Shown here one piece after another: positions 39,420 to 49,050 of a DNA stretch of 64,000 nucleotides (the first letter of the stretch is position 1; every line of letters begins with the position of its first letter). The notes under the pieces are model-generated. The model was not told the origin of the DNA, ran no database searches, and saw nothing but the letters and a program-made list of their open reading frames with translations. This DNA is from Candidatus Latescibacterota bacterium (GTDB taxonomy: Bacteria > Latescibacterota > UBA2968 > GCA-2709665), in the NCBI GenBank assembly GCA_965219455.1, contig OZ244744.1, positions 2,880,001 to 2,944,000 on the forward strand, in the 5' to 3' direction. The translations under genes and the position numbers were made by a program.

Positions 39420-42400
39420 GTGATGCAGTGGATGAAAAACCTGCTCATAGGCGCATTCTGCTTGCTGACATTGCTGAGCATTGTCGTATCCGCGCGCGGG
39501 GAGTCGCTCACCGTGAGGTCGGCGAATGACGGGCATCCGGCCTATGTCGTCCGGCGTGGTGAAGGGGCGATTTCGTTGTCTGAGATATGGCTCGTCTCCG
39601 CGAAAGACGATAAACCCAGAAAGCTAAGGGCATATCCGGGCGCCCCGGGAACCCTCCATTTTGCGCCTGACGGGGAAGATTTAGTCTATCTCGAACGAAG
39701 CCTGCGACGGGAAGCGTGGGGGTCGTATTTCTACGGCGGACATTCCCTGCCGATTACGAACAACAAAATCTGGAAGTTGAGCCTGGACGGCGGCAGCGAG
39801 GAACAGTGGCCGCTTCCCGGGGATTTTCAGCCTCTCGAAATGTCACCCTCTCCGGATGGAAAGTCATTGGCGATTGTCGGGTACCGGGGAAGCGCTTTCG
39901 CCAAATCAGACCACGGTCTCTGGGTCGCGGGTGAGCGGGGCGGTATCAGGCTTCTTTTTGCCGGCAACGTCAACGGGCCGGTGGACTGGTCTGCTGATGG
40001 AAAGGTCGTTTTATACCGTATTGAGGATGGGCAGAGATCGATCCGAATTCACTCGGACACGGGGAAGACCGTCCAAACAGATCTGAAGCAAGACATGGCC
40101 ACGCACGGGAATCGAGATCGGCAGGCCACGTCGAAAGCCCTTTTCATGGCCGCGCTGCGGAACGCCGACGATGCAGATACAGCCCTGGGCCTGATCGGTA
40201 CCGGTCTGGACCTGTACATACGCGGCAGGAATGCGCTTCACAGAGGGAACGAAGCGAACGCGGATAAACTGTTTGAACAGGCCAGGCGCGCATTCAATAG
40301 ACTTTGTGATCAGGCCGCAAAGCATGGACTTTCAAGGAAGAGTTGCGCACGATATATCGAAGTTTGCGAAGACTGGATCGATGCAGACACCAGGATGACC
40401 GACAGACACAACTGCCGGGAGCGCTTGACCGGGATGCTCCGTTTGATACAGGAATTCAAGCGCGTCCGGAACGACGGCGAACCCGCGGATCTTCCCGATC
40501 TATATCAATGGACGGCAAAGAGAATCATTGAAGATACTCGAGATGGAAACGAACAAAAGGGCAGGATCGCAATCCTGGACGTACTTTTCTCCTGCCCGGC
40601 AAACTTGGATTACACGTTCCTCAGCGATTATCTGTACAGGCATGAAGGGTTGTCCGGCGCGCCGGCCCTGGTCTGTTTCTGGCACCGTGGAGAGCAGATA
40701 TATGGAGTCGCCGGTCGCGACGGCGATCACGCGGAAGTATCAAGCATACGCGCGGCGCAGGTAGACAGCCTGGCATCCAGTGGCCGCCGGGCGATGGAGG
40801 CTGATGAATTGGAACGGGCGCGCCTGATCTTCCGGAACGTTGCGCGTCAACGACCGAAGGAGCCCGATGCATATATCCACCTGGGTCACATTCTCCTGAA
40901 ATTGAAACGGTTCGAGGAATCGAAAGACGCGTTTCATCGAGCGCTGACCCTGGGCAGCAAGGCTTTGGCCCACCATGGCCTGGGCATGCTTTACACGACG
41001 TGGCCCATGCAGCGCCATTTCGCGATTCACCATTTCACGGAGGCGTTAGTCAAGGACCGGGACTTTGTGGATGCGCGATTTCAGATGGCCAGAGTGCGTT
41101 ATGCGATGAAACAGCGGGACGCGGAACTGGAACTGAAAAGGGTCCTGAAAATGGACCCGGGCCACGCGGGCGCCTATCTGCTGATTGCGGACTACTATCT
41201 GAATCTTTCGTGGGAATTCGAGAAGGCCGTCGTGTGGTATACGAGGTATCTCGCGCTTCGCCCGGAAGACGCGGAAGCTCAGCGGCGGCTGGGCGTTGCG
41301 TACCTGAAAGTGAGAGACTATTCGAAAATTATGGGCCACCTGTTGGACTTTGTCAAAAAGCACCCCGAAGCCATCGAATTGATGCCCATCGTCGCCATTT
41401 CCGCCATGGAACAGGACAATCCGGATATGGCGATGGCGTTCTTCGAGGATTACATCTCCAAACTCGCGCCCGATGTACGACGTTTGTACGTAGATATAAC
41501 GCTGGTCGCTTCCAGCGAGGAACTCAGGACCTATGGAGATGCCATGGGCCCGGATCGCGCGGCCGATCTGAAACGTTTCTGGAATCGGAAGGACCCGGAC
41601 CTGTCCACGCCCGTTAACGAGCGCCTGCTGGAACACTACAGGAGGGTCTGGCACGCGCTCACGGGGTTCTCGGAGGGCAGACAGCCGTGGGACGTGAGAG
41701 GAGACGTCTATATTCGATTCGGGGAACCCGATCACCGGTCCAGGTCGGACGAACCCAACTTCAAACAGAGCCTGAAAGTCCAGCGGGTCAAGGAACGCCT
41801 CGCGTACAGCATCTACAAGGGCGACGTCCGCGCGCACACGTTTATGGGGCCCGTGTATCCCGTACGCAGCCTCAAACAACTCGACGGCGCGTGGTACGAA
41901 CTGAAAGACATCGAAATTGGAAACGCCAACGCAACCGGGCCTGAAACTGGGGAGGCCGCAGGAGACGACCACGAGCATACAGGCGAGAGCTGTACTCAGT
42001 GTACGGATACTGCGCCGCCAGCGCGGATGGATACTGCGCGGATAGGGATTTTACCCCTGGACGAAAGCCTCGGATTCGGCGACTATCACCCGGTTACGTC
42101 AGGCGAAGATCTGAGTACCGTGCCCTGGGAGACGTGGATCTATGCCGATGCGGCTGGCGGGATCGAAATCACCTTTACGGACGAAATCGGTTCCGGCGCG
42201 TACGATTACGCCCCCATACCGCCGAACCAGGGCGACATTTCCATAGGCGAGACAGCCGCCTTAAGCCGGCACGCGCCCCATTCGGTCTACCGGCGAGCGG
42301 CGCGGGTTTCGCCGGATTTCTATACGCCGAGACATGAGGCGCCGCCTCTTGATTTCCACTATTCTCTGGCCGACTTCAGGGGCGAGGGCGACCGCAGCCT

Positions 42401-43157
42401 CCTGGAAATCTACTACGGCGTCCCCATCCTCCCGGCCCACTATCTGCCGGAAGAGGACGTCACGCGGCAGGTTCTGACGCACCATGCGGCGCTCATTTCA
42501 TCCACGCTGGACACGGTCTATCGGCAAACGGACGAAATGACTTACGAAGCCAGGGGAAACCAGGCCGGAGAAGGCCTGATGGCGCCGGATGTCCTGAAGT
42601 TGGACCTGCCGCCCGGCGCCTACCGGCTGGAGGTGAAATCGCACGACCGCCTGAGAGGACGAATGGGCATCTATCAACAGCAGGTCGTCGTGGAGCCCTA
42701 TGGCGAAGATCGACTGCAGATCAGCGACCTGGAACTGGCCTGGCGGGTTGGCGCGGAAAAGACGGACGGCAAGTTTACCAAGGGAGACCTGAACGTCGTC
42801 CCGATGCCTTCGCGAACGTACATAAAGGGCCAGAGCGTGTTCGTCTATTACGAAATCTACAACCTGGGGAAGGACGAATTCGGGCAGACGAACTACAGCG
42901 TATCCTATACGATTACGTCAAAAGACACACCCGGGCGGGCGGGGAACATCTCTCGCCTTTTCCGGTGGGGAACCGGCAGACGCGAGGAACTGGCCGTTAC
43001 GTACGAACAGCAGGGCGCGGCCGTACAGGAGGTCGAATACGTGGAACTCGCGCTGGATGAACAGATTCCGGGTCGATATTCACTAAGGGTTTCCATCAAC
43101 GACGTAAACAGCGGCGACACGGCCGAAAAAGACGTGACATTCGTTATTGCGCCATAG
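39420..43157 (+). CDS. Large TPR + GWxTD-domain exported protein, subfamily C (C3)
   Basis: Signal peptide ending VVSARG; full-length paralogue of C1; PWDVRGDVYIRFGEPD. Confidence 0.87.
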   Translation: MMQWMKNLLIGAFCLLTLLSIVVSARGESLTVRSANDGHPAYVVRRGEGAISLSEIWLVSAKDDKPRKLRAYPGAPGTLHFAPDGEDLVYLERSLRREAWGSYFYGGHSLPITNNKIWKLSLDGGSEEQWPLPGDFQPLEMSPSPDGKSLAIVGYRGSAFAKSDHGLWVAGERGGIRLLFAGNVNGPVDWSADGKVVLYRIEDGQRSIRIHSDTGKTVQTDLKQDMATHGNRDRQATSKALFMAALRNADDADTALGLIGTGLDLYIRGRNALHRGNEANADKLFEQARRAFNRLCDQAAKHGLSRKSCARYIEVCEDWIDADTRMTDRHNCRERLTGMLRLIQEFKRVRNDGEPADLPDLYQWTAKRIIEDTRDGNEQKGRIAILDVLFSCPANLDYTFLSDYLYRHEGLSGAPALVCFWHRGEQIYGVAGRDGDHAEVSSIRAAQVDSLASSGRRAMEADELERARLIFRNVARQRPKEPDAYIHLGHILLKLKRFEESKDAFHRALTLGSKALAHHGLGMLYTTWPMQRHFAIHHFTEALVKDRDFVDARFQMARVRYAMKQRDAELELKRVLKMDPGHAGAYLLIADYYLNLSWEFEKAVVWYTRYLALRPEDAEAQRRLGVAYLKVRDYSKIMGHLLDFVKKHPEAIELMPIVAISAMEQDNPDMAMAFFEDYISKLAPDVRRLYVDITLVASSEELRTYGDAMGPDRAADLKRFWNRKDPDLSTPVNERLLEHYRRVWHALTGFSEGRQPWDVRGDVYIRFGEPDHRSRSDEPNFKQSLKVQRVKERLAYSIYKGDVRAHTFMGPVYPVRSLKQLDGAWYELKDIEIGNANATGPETGEAAGDDHEHTGESCTQCTDTAPPARMDTARIGILPLDESLGFGDYHPVTSGEDLSTVPWETWIYADAAGGIEITFTDEIGSGAYDYAPIPPNQGDISIGETAALSRHAPHSVYRRAARVSPDFYTPRHEAPPLDFHYSLADFRGEGDRSLLEIYYGVPILPAHYLPEEDVTRQVLTHHAALISSTLDTVYRQTDEMTYEARGNQAGEGLMAPDVLKLDLPPGAYRLEVKSHDRLRGRMGIYQQQVVVEPYGEDRLQISDLELAWRVGAEKTDGKFTKGDLNVVPMPSRTYIKGQSVFVYYEIYNLGKDEFGQTNYSVSYTITSKDTPGRAGNISRLFRWGTGRREELAVTYEQQGAAVQEVEYVELALDEQIPGRYSLRVSINDVNSGDTAEKDVTFVIAP

Positions 43158-43490
43158 GGCTGTGGACATCCGCGAGCCCCAATCTTCACCACCCCTACAA
43201 CGTCCCCTATTCCCTTGCCCTTTTTCTTGCTTCGCCCAAGAAAAAGGGCGAAAAAGAAGGGCGCCGCTCGGCGCGGGGCCGGTTTTTCCGTGAATCACCT
43301 CACGGGCACGAATGGGAATTGGGTGGCCTTCGAGCCCCTCGATATGCCCAAAGCAACGTTGCTGGACGGATTAACACGGAAAAACCCCCCACGCCGCCAC
43401 CGGGCGGGCGTGAGGTAGACCGGAAAGGACTACAGTGCGTTCTGGCGTGATTCCGCTATATGGTACTTGCGTGGTTCTGCTCCCCCTCTT

Positions 43491-43887
43491 CCGGGGGAGA
43501 GGTTCCACCGTTCGCGGGCGTCCATATAATGGCGCTGACGTCAACTGATTCGGTTTTTGATTCAAGCTGACAGCTTACCACTGATAGCTCTGTCTGAGGG
43601 GGCCGGGGGGAGAGGTCGCGGACCTACCCCCTAACCCCCTTCCTGAAGGAAGGGGGAACTGTCATCGGTTGAAGACATTTCGATGGATGAAAATATCCAC
43701 GTGCAATATCTCGACGGGCCATTGCCCGGTTTTCCTCCCCCTTTCCTTTAGGAGAGGGGGCCGGGGGGAGAGGTCCCGCCTTTAGCGGTCGTCCACATAA
43801 TAGCGCTGACGTCAACTGATTCGGTTTTTGATTCAAGCTGATGGCTAATTGCTGATAGCTCTGTCTGAGGGGGCCGGGGGGAGAGGT
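43491..43887 (+). repeat. ~125-bp direct repeat pair (43491-43616 and 43761-43887) within G/C-run palindromic repeats
   Basis: Both copies contain GCGCTGACGTCAACTGATTCGGTTTTTGATTCAAGCTGA...CTGATAGCTCTGTCTGAGGGGGCCGGGGGGAGAGGT. Confidence 0.85.
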
Positions 43888-43911
43888 TACGACGCCCAGG
43901 AAGGATACGAA

Positions 43912-44994
43912 ATGTCCGGTCGAATGGTATCCGCGTTGTTAATCGTCTCGAGCCTTATGGGTTGCGGTGGAAGCGTGCCGACGTCCCCTGAGGTTTCGAG
44001 CGATATGACGGGTTTTGAAGTCGCCGGAAAATTGACGGAAAGGCGGTTCTGGCACGCGTCGGTATTGTTGCAGGACGGCAAGGTTCTGATCACGGGCGGC
44101 GCCGCAACGGAGAGGCCGGGTTATGCGCCTTCGTCCATGTTTCGTGCCAGCACGGAAATATTCGATCCGGCAACGGGGACCTCGAGCAGAGGGGGCAACA
44201 TGTCCTCTGCTCGAACCCGCGACGTGGGAATACGGCTACCGGACGGCCGGGTGCTATTTGGAGGCGCTCAGCAGGCCCCGCCGGAATTTTTCGATCCGAA
44301 TACCGGACGATTCACGCCTGCGCCTTATGACCCCGCATTCGCGAGAATTTCCACGATGACGTTACTGCCCAATGGGAAGATCCTCACCTATTACTCATTG
44401 GGCGTCGCCATCTTCGACCCGAACACGGGGAACTTCACCTTACTTCCGGGGACGGTCGTTATTCGAGGAGGCAATACGGCGACCCGGCTGCGGGATGGGC
44501 GTGTACTCATCGTTGGCGGCGGCAATGCAGAGGGCATGGTTAAGGAATCCGAAATCTACGATCCATCCTCCAATACCCTTACCCGGACAGGCGACCTGAA
44601 ATACGAACGGCGAGGACACAGAGCGATTCTACTTCCGGACGGCAGCGTGTTGATCATTGGCGGGAGCACAGGCGAAGGGGAGTCTGAAGCGTCGGTAACG
44701 GCCGCCGAGCGATATGACCCCGCGACGGGGACGTTCTCATCAGAAGGTGATCCCGGAATCGAACCGGTTTACGCGGCCACGCTGCTGCCATCGGGCAATG
44801 TGTTTATCATCGGACATAGCGGCGAGGTCGTTCTCTACGATCCGGCCACTGGCGCGTTTGGCCCTACCGGAGACAGCATAGGTGAAAACCGCGCCTTATA
44901 TACGACAACGCTCCTTCGCGACGGCCGTGTGCTGATTGTTGGTGGCCTGAAGGACCTCGAGGCAACGGATCATATCCTCATATACAGCCCGTAG
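43912..44994 (+). CDS. Kelch-repeat lipoprotein K3
   Basis: RBS AGGAAGGA; lipobox LMGCGG; Kelch repeats. Confidence 0.87.
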   Translation: MSGRMVSALLIVSSLMGCGGSVPTSPEVSSDMTGFEVAGKLTERRFWHASVLLQDGKVLITGGAATERPGYAPSSMFRASTEIFDPATGTSSRGGNMSSARTRDVGIRLPDGRVLFGGAQQAPPEFFDPNTGRFTPAPYDPAFARISTMTLLPNGKILTYYSLGVAIFDPNTGNFTLLPGTVVIRGGNTATRLRDGRVLIVGGGNAEGMVKESEIYDPSSNTLTRTGDLKYERRGHRAILLPDGSVLIIGGSTGEGESEASVTAAERYDPATGTFSSEGDPGIEPVYAATLLPSGNVFIIGHSGEVVLYDPATGAFGPTGDSIGENRALYTTTLLRDGRVLIVGGLKDLEATDHILIYSP

Positions 44995-45128
44995 CCGTCG
45001 GGGCGGTCGTCGCGAAACTGACGTTAAGCGGGCAGTGTCATTATTCACGATGTACAGGCTTTATCCATCCGGGCGGGTCATCTTATGAAGGACGACCGAC
45101 CGATGTACATTGCGCGAGGTATCGTCCG

Positions 45129-46697
45129 ATGGTAAACATCGGACATACCCCGATTGTCTTTCCGCTACGTCTCTGTCTCTGCGCGTTTTTACCCGTTGTG
45201 TTCGTGTGGAAAGACGTCCCCGTCGCGTCTGAAAGGAAACCGCCGGCCGTACCATTCGAAGGACCCACGAGTACCGACTGGTACGCGGTTTTTTTAACGT
45301 GGGATCAAACATCCGGGGACAATTATCTGGACGGCCGCGATGGAGGGTCGTTCGCCTGGGGTCCTTCGGCCTACGTGCAGAGGATGTACCTGAACCTCTA
45401 CGGGACATTCAAAGAAACCGTCTGGCTGGACAAACTGGTAAGACACATCGATCGCATTCTGATCGCCCGCACTGACGTGCCGCCCTATGAAGTCTACGAT
45501 CCCCGATACGTGGACGGATACAGGGGCTGGGGGCAGAACCGGTACCGCCAGTACAGTCCCGAATACACCGAATGGTTTTCCGACGATGGGTTGATTGTCA
45601 GCCCGATCCTGGCATTTGTGGAGCTGGTCTGGGAGGATCCGTCCTTACACGCAGCCTACAGGGCCAAAGCGGATGATTTCCTGCGCGTTGTGGAAGAGGA
45701 CGTGATTGCCAAGTGGTACGCCAACTGGGCGCCGGACCCGGGGTGGACGGTAGAGGACAACAGCCGCTACGGCGAGGACGCAGGATACCACGTGTACGAA
45801 TGGTCCGGGTGGAAGCACCAACCGCTGAATATGTTTCTGTCGTTTACGGATGCGCTGGTAACGCTCCGTCGCCTGACCAGGTCGCCGTACTACAAGCCGT
45901 ACAAAAAAGGGTTTGTACCGTTTTACGCTGAACAGAGCGAGCAGATGATGCGGTTCTTCCACGATCAACTGCTGTACGATCCGGAAGCGGACGCTTACAC
46001 CTGGAAATACGGTCCCAAGAGCCATTGGCCCGAACTGATGGAGGACGTCGGGCATGCCTTTATCGATATTCAAGTGGCGTTGCAGGGCGTGAAAAGCGGA
46101 CTGGGTTTCGCCCCGAAGGACCTCGAGAGGATGGCCAACACGTTTGTCCACCATGTCTGGAACGGGAGCCTGGAGAAGCCGGAGTTCAGGTACTACTTAG
46201 GCGGCCCTCCAGGTAAGCACGACGCGGAACGGGGCTGGAGGGGGTGGGGTTTTCTCTATCTGGCCGGGTACAACTACCAGATCTGGGAATCGATGGCCGC
46301 GTACTTCGAAAAGGAGGTTTCAGTTCACGACGCACCGGCCCATATTGCCGCAACGGCCGCGATGCTGGGCATATCCATGCAGGCGTACGACAGGTGGGCG
46401 CCTGGCGCACCGCTGCACCTCGAAGTCGTTTGCAGTGGACCGGACGCGCGGATTTCGTGGCGCCGTCCGGAAACCGATGCCGACGGCACGGCGCTTACAG
46501 GGCTTAAAGGGTACATTGTGTACCGGGCCACCGGGCCGGAAGGGCCGTTCGCGCCGCTGAACGAGGCCCCTCTGGACACCACGCGGTATGTGGATCGGGG
46601 TACGGCATCCGGATCTTTTTTCTATCGGATCACCGCCGTGGACTACAGGCGACCTCAGAATGAGGGTCCCCCGTCTGCGACGGTTTCTACGCTATAG
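45129..46697 (+). CDS. Putative exported alpha/alpha-barrel (six-hairpin-glycosidase-like) protein with C-terminal FN3-type domain
   Basis: Aromatic-rich helical core (FAWGPS, WLDKL, EDVGH, DLERMANTF); C-terminal AP..L, ISW, GYIVYRA, YVD, YRITAVD FN3 pattern. Confidence 0.55.
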   Translation: MVNIGHTPIVFPLRLCLCAFLPVVFVWKDVPVASERKPPAVPFEGPTSTDWYAVFLTWDQTSGDNYLDGRDGGSFAWGPSAYVQRMYLNLYGTFKETVWLDKLVRHIDRILIARTDVPPYEVYDPRYVDGYRGWGQNRYRQYSPEYTEWFSDDGLIVSPILAFVELVWEDPSLHAAYRAKADDFLRVVEEDVIAKWYANWAPDPGWTVEDNSRYGEDAGYHVYEWSGWKHQPLNMFLSFTDALVTLRRLTRSPYYKPYKKGFVPFYAEQSEQMMRFFHDQLLYDPEADAYTWKYGPKSHWPELMEDVGHAFIDIQVALQGVKSGLGFAPKDLERMANTFVHHVWNGSLEKPEFRYYLGGPPGKHDAERGWRGWGFLYLAGYNYQIWESMAAYFEKEVSVHDAPAHIAATAAMLGISMQAYDRWAPGAPLHLEVVCSGPDARISWRRPETDADGTALTGLKGYIVYRATGPEGPFAPLNEAPLDTTRYVDRGTASGSFFYRITAVDYRRPQNEGPPSATVSTL

Positions 46698-46733
46698 GGT
46701 GGGCGGCAGTGGTCCACTCCTTTCACGGGAACT

Positions 46734-47072
46734 TTAAGACTTTGTCGGAAGGTCTTCCTTGTCCAGGGCCGCGATGCCAGTCAGCGCAATGGGCGGTCGG
46801 TCCGGGAATTCCGCCACCAGGCGCAATGTACCTCCCATCGCTTCCACGTAGCCACTGAGCGTGGAAAGCAGCAGATCGCTACGCTTTTCGATACGGGATA
46901 CATTCTCCTGGTTGATCCCGAGTTCCTTCGCGACGCGTACTTGCGTCCACTTTCGAGCCCTTCGCAGATCCTGCAGCGACATCTCTTCGGCAATCAGCGC
47001 CCTGGCTCGTTCTTCCACTTTCTTCCTGCGTGCCTCAGGCAGCTTGCCGATTCTCTCGGTGAGTGTCTTCAT
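46734..47072 (-). CDS. XRE-family HTH antitoxin (HigA-type)
   Basis: LQDLRRARKWTQVRVAKELGINQENVSRIEKRSDLLLSTL..YVEAMGG; start overlaps the toxin stop (ATGA). Confidence 0.88.
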   Translation of the reverse strand: MKTLTERIGKLPEARRKKVEERARALIAEEMSLQDLRRARKWTQVRVAKELGINQENVSRIEKRSDLLLSTLSGYVEAMGGTLRLVAEFPDRPPIALTGIAALDKEDLPTKS

Positions 47073-47437
47073 CTTGACCTCCTGTTAATCTTCAGCTGTT
47101 CCATTTCCATATTGAATCGTCTGTCCGCTTTCCTGATCAGCTGCTTGTAGAAACGGCGTTCGTCTATACCCGACTTGTCACCGGCAGCGAGCAAGACAGC
47201 TTTTCGCTCGGTGTCAAAGGCAAATGCTACCCGCCAAACTCCGCCGCCAGCCGTAAATCGAAGCTCCTTCTTATTGGCGTGTTGCGAACCGTTCAACGTG
47301 TCCGCTCTCGGGCGCCCCAGAAAAGGCCCGAATGTCTCAATAAGCGCGGCTTGTGCAAGCAACTCGTCCTGCACGTCGTTGGACAAGGCGTCGAATTCGC
47401 GGTCGAACGCCGGATGGAACCTTACTTCCCAGTCCAT
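47069..47437 (-). CDS. RelE/ParE-superfamily toxin (HigB/Gp49-like)
   Basis: GPFLGRPRADTLNGS.HANKKELRF, WRVAFAFD.ERKAVLLAAGDKSG; toxin-first gene order. Confidence 0.88.
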   Translation of the reverse strand: MDWEVRFHPAFDREFDALSNDVQDELLAQAALIETFGPFLGRPRADTLNGSQHANKKELRFTAGGGVWRVAFAFDTERKAVLLAAGDKSGIDERRFYKQLIRKADRRFNMEMEQLKINRRSR

Positions 47438-47445
47438 GTCTCAAA

Positions 47446-47474
47446 AATATGACTTAAAGATCATATATTGTCAA
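47446..47474 (-). promoter_or_regulatory. sigma70 promoter with overlapping operator palindrome for the TA operon
   Basis: Minus strand TTGACA-17 bp-CATATT, 8 nt before the toxin ATG; inverted repeat ATATGA-N8-TCATAT at 47447-47466. Confidence 0.7.
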
Positions 47475-47570
47475 GTTAATTTCTATTTTGCTGCATTTCA
47501 TGAGCAAATGGCAGGCCATATAGCCAAGTCCGTCAATGTTGCCCCCCAAAGTCCGATTGCGTCATCGTGA

Positions 47571-47631
47571 AATTATCCTATATTTGCATAAATTATCCCC
47601 ATACAGGCATATATTATCGTGATTATGCATA
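47571..47631. repeat. Three tandem ~20-bp direct repeats (WATTATC...GCATA)
   Basis: AATTATCCTATATTTGCATA / AATTATCCCCATACAGGCATA / TATTATCGTGATTATGCATA. Confidence 0.6.
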
Positions 47632-47645
47632 AAATGGTACCACGG

Positions 47646-47843
47646 ACCGACAGTTTGCGATACGGCTGGCACCTGTCCGCATACTGACAGTCTGTGGTAC
47701 GTCTACCTGAAATACGCGAACCGACGGTTTGTGTTACGAGAGGCTGTTGATCGGGCGTGGCAACGGATGGTTTCGCGGACGTTAGTTCGCAGACTGCAGT
47801 TGGACATGGGGCGTGAGTCCACAAACTAACAGTTTGTGTTACA
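47646..47843 (+). repeat. Four 19-bp direct repeats, consensus ACYGACAGTTTGTGTTACG
   Basis: Copies start at 47646, 47683, 47720 and 47825 (spacings 37, 37, 105 bp). Confidence 0.7.
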
Positions 47844-47928
47844 GCATCTTGCGGTTTCTCGGTAAATCAGAAAAAGGATCTCGGTATCTGCCGAGCGTTT
47901 GTCGGCAGCCTTCGGAGGGAGCGTCGTA

Positions 47929-48618
47929 ATGGAAAAACATGATGCATCGGTGTCTGAAATGGTACGCGACGCCGCGCCAGATAAAACCTTCCACGACGAA
48001 TTGGACGGTCATCTTGCAGATTACAATGTGTCCCGGACGCTATGCGCCCTGCGGTGTTCCCAGAATATGACACAGGAGGGACTGGCGAAACGGGCAGGTT
48101 GCACGCAGAGCAAAATCTCGAGAATCGAGAACAGCAGGAACGATCGGCTCAAACTGGACGACCTGGCCATTTACGCGCGGGCATTCAATATGCAAGTTTC
48201 GATTGATTTCGCGCAGGAGTCGTCTACCGCAGACGCCATTGGACGCCTGGCGCGCCAGATCACGAGCGGTCTCGACGAAGTGGCTGAAAGGGTGAAGCAA
48301 GAAGGGGCCGCCGACGAAAGCGCGAAGAAGCCTTACGAAGAATTCCTCTTCAATATGCTGGATCTATTCATGGATAACCTGGAGGGGCTTCGGGCGCGCC
48401 GCAACGGCTCGCCGGATTCGGGAGAGACGACGAGGGCGGGTAACGGCAGACCAGTGGATCCGATGGGTCGGAGCGAAACGTTGGACCGTAGGAGACGAGA
48501 TAACGGCTCTACAGGATTCAGAATATACACGCCAATCGACGTCAATGAAGAGAACGGCAGGTCCGAATCCAGCCCGACCCGTGCGGAAATGGCTTGCCGA
48601 AATTCGGCCGCCGAGTGA
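47929..48618 (+). CDS. XRE-family HTH transcriptional regulator
   Basis: RBS GGAGGGA, ATG 47929; LR..QNMTQEGLAKRAGCTQSKISRIEN; low-complexity C-terminal tail. Confidence 0.75.
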   Translation: MEKHDASVSEMVRDAAPDKTFHDELDGHLADYNVSRTLCALRCSQNMTQEGLAKRAGCTQSKISRIENSRNDRLKLDDLAIYARAFNMQVSIDFAQESSTADAIGRLARQITSGLDEVAERVKQEGAADESAKKPYEEFLFNMLDLFMDNLEGLRARRNGSPDSGETTRAGNGRPVDPMGRSETLDRRRRDNGSTGFRIYTPIDVNEENGRSESSPTRAEMACRNSAAE

Positions 48619-48891
48619 AGGCACGTCGACAAGGTCAGCACAGGCAATGACCACGCCCCTATTCGTATTGGGCTGAAAGGGAATCATATACCCGACAAAA
48701 CGCAATTGAAACCTTGAAATATTTCAACGATCCAACCGTCATTAACCTTTTGGAATCAATTAGCCGAAACGATACCTTTACCCTAAAGGTTGTTTTCCAG
48801 TTCGAGCGTGAGCATTGAGTGCCCTGGAATTAATCCAGAATCGAAGAGCATTGTCTCAGTAAACTTCCTTCTACAATCTCGCCATCACCAC

Positions 48892-48927
48892 AAGCCCAGG
48901 CGAGTTGTCCGCCTGGGTTTTAGTTTT
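48892..48927 (+). terminator. Probable intrinsic terminator
   Basis: AAGCCCAGGCG-loop-CGCCTGGGTTT followed by TAGTTTT. Confidence 0.55.
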
Positions 48928-49050
48928 AGCTTCTGAGATCGGATAGTCTTACTCTGGCCCCGGTTTTAACGGCGTTAGTGGCTGTTCGGCCGGCAGGGGG
49001 CGGCTGGCGACGTTTGAGGGTCGGTAGGTAAACAATGAGGGCGGTTCTAA

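Noticed and set aside
47646-47843. CRISPR array
   Set aside because: Repeats are 19 bp and degenerate, spacers 18 bp, only four copies, and no cas genes.
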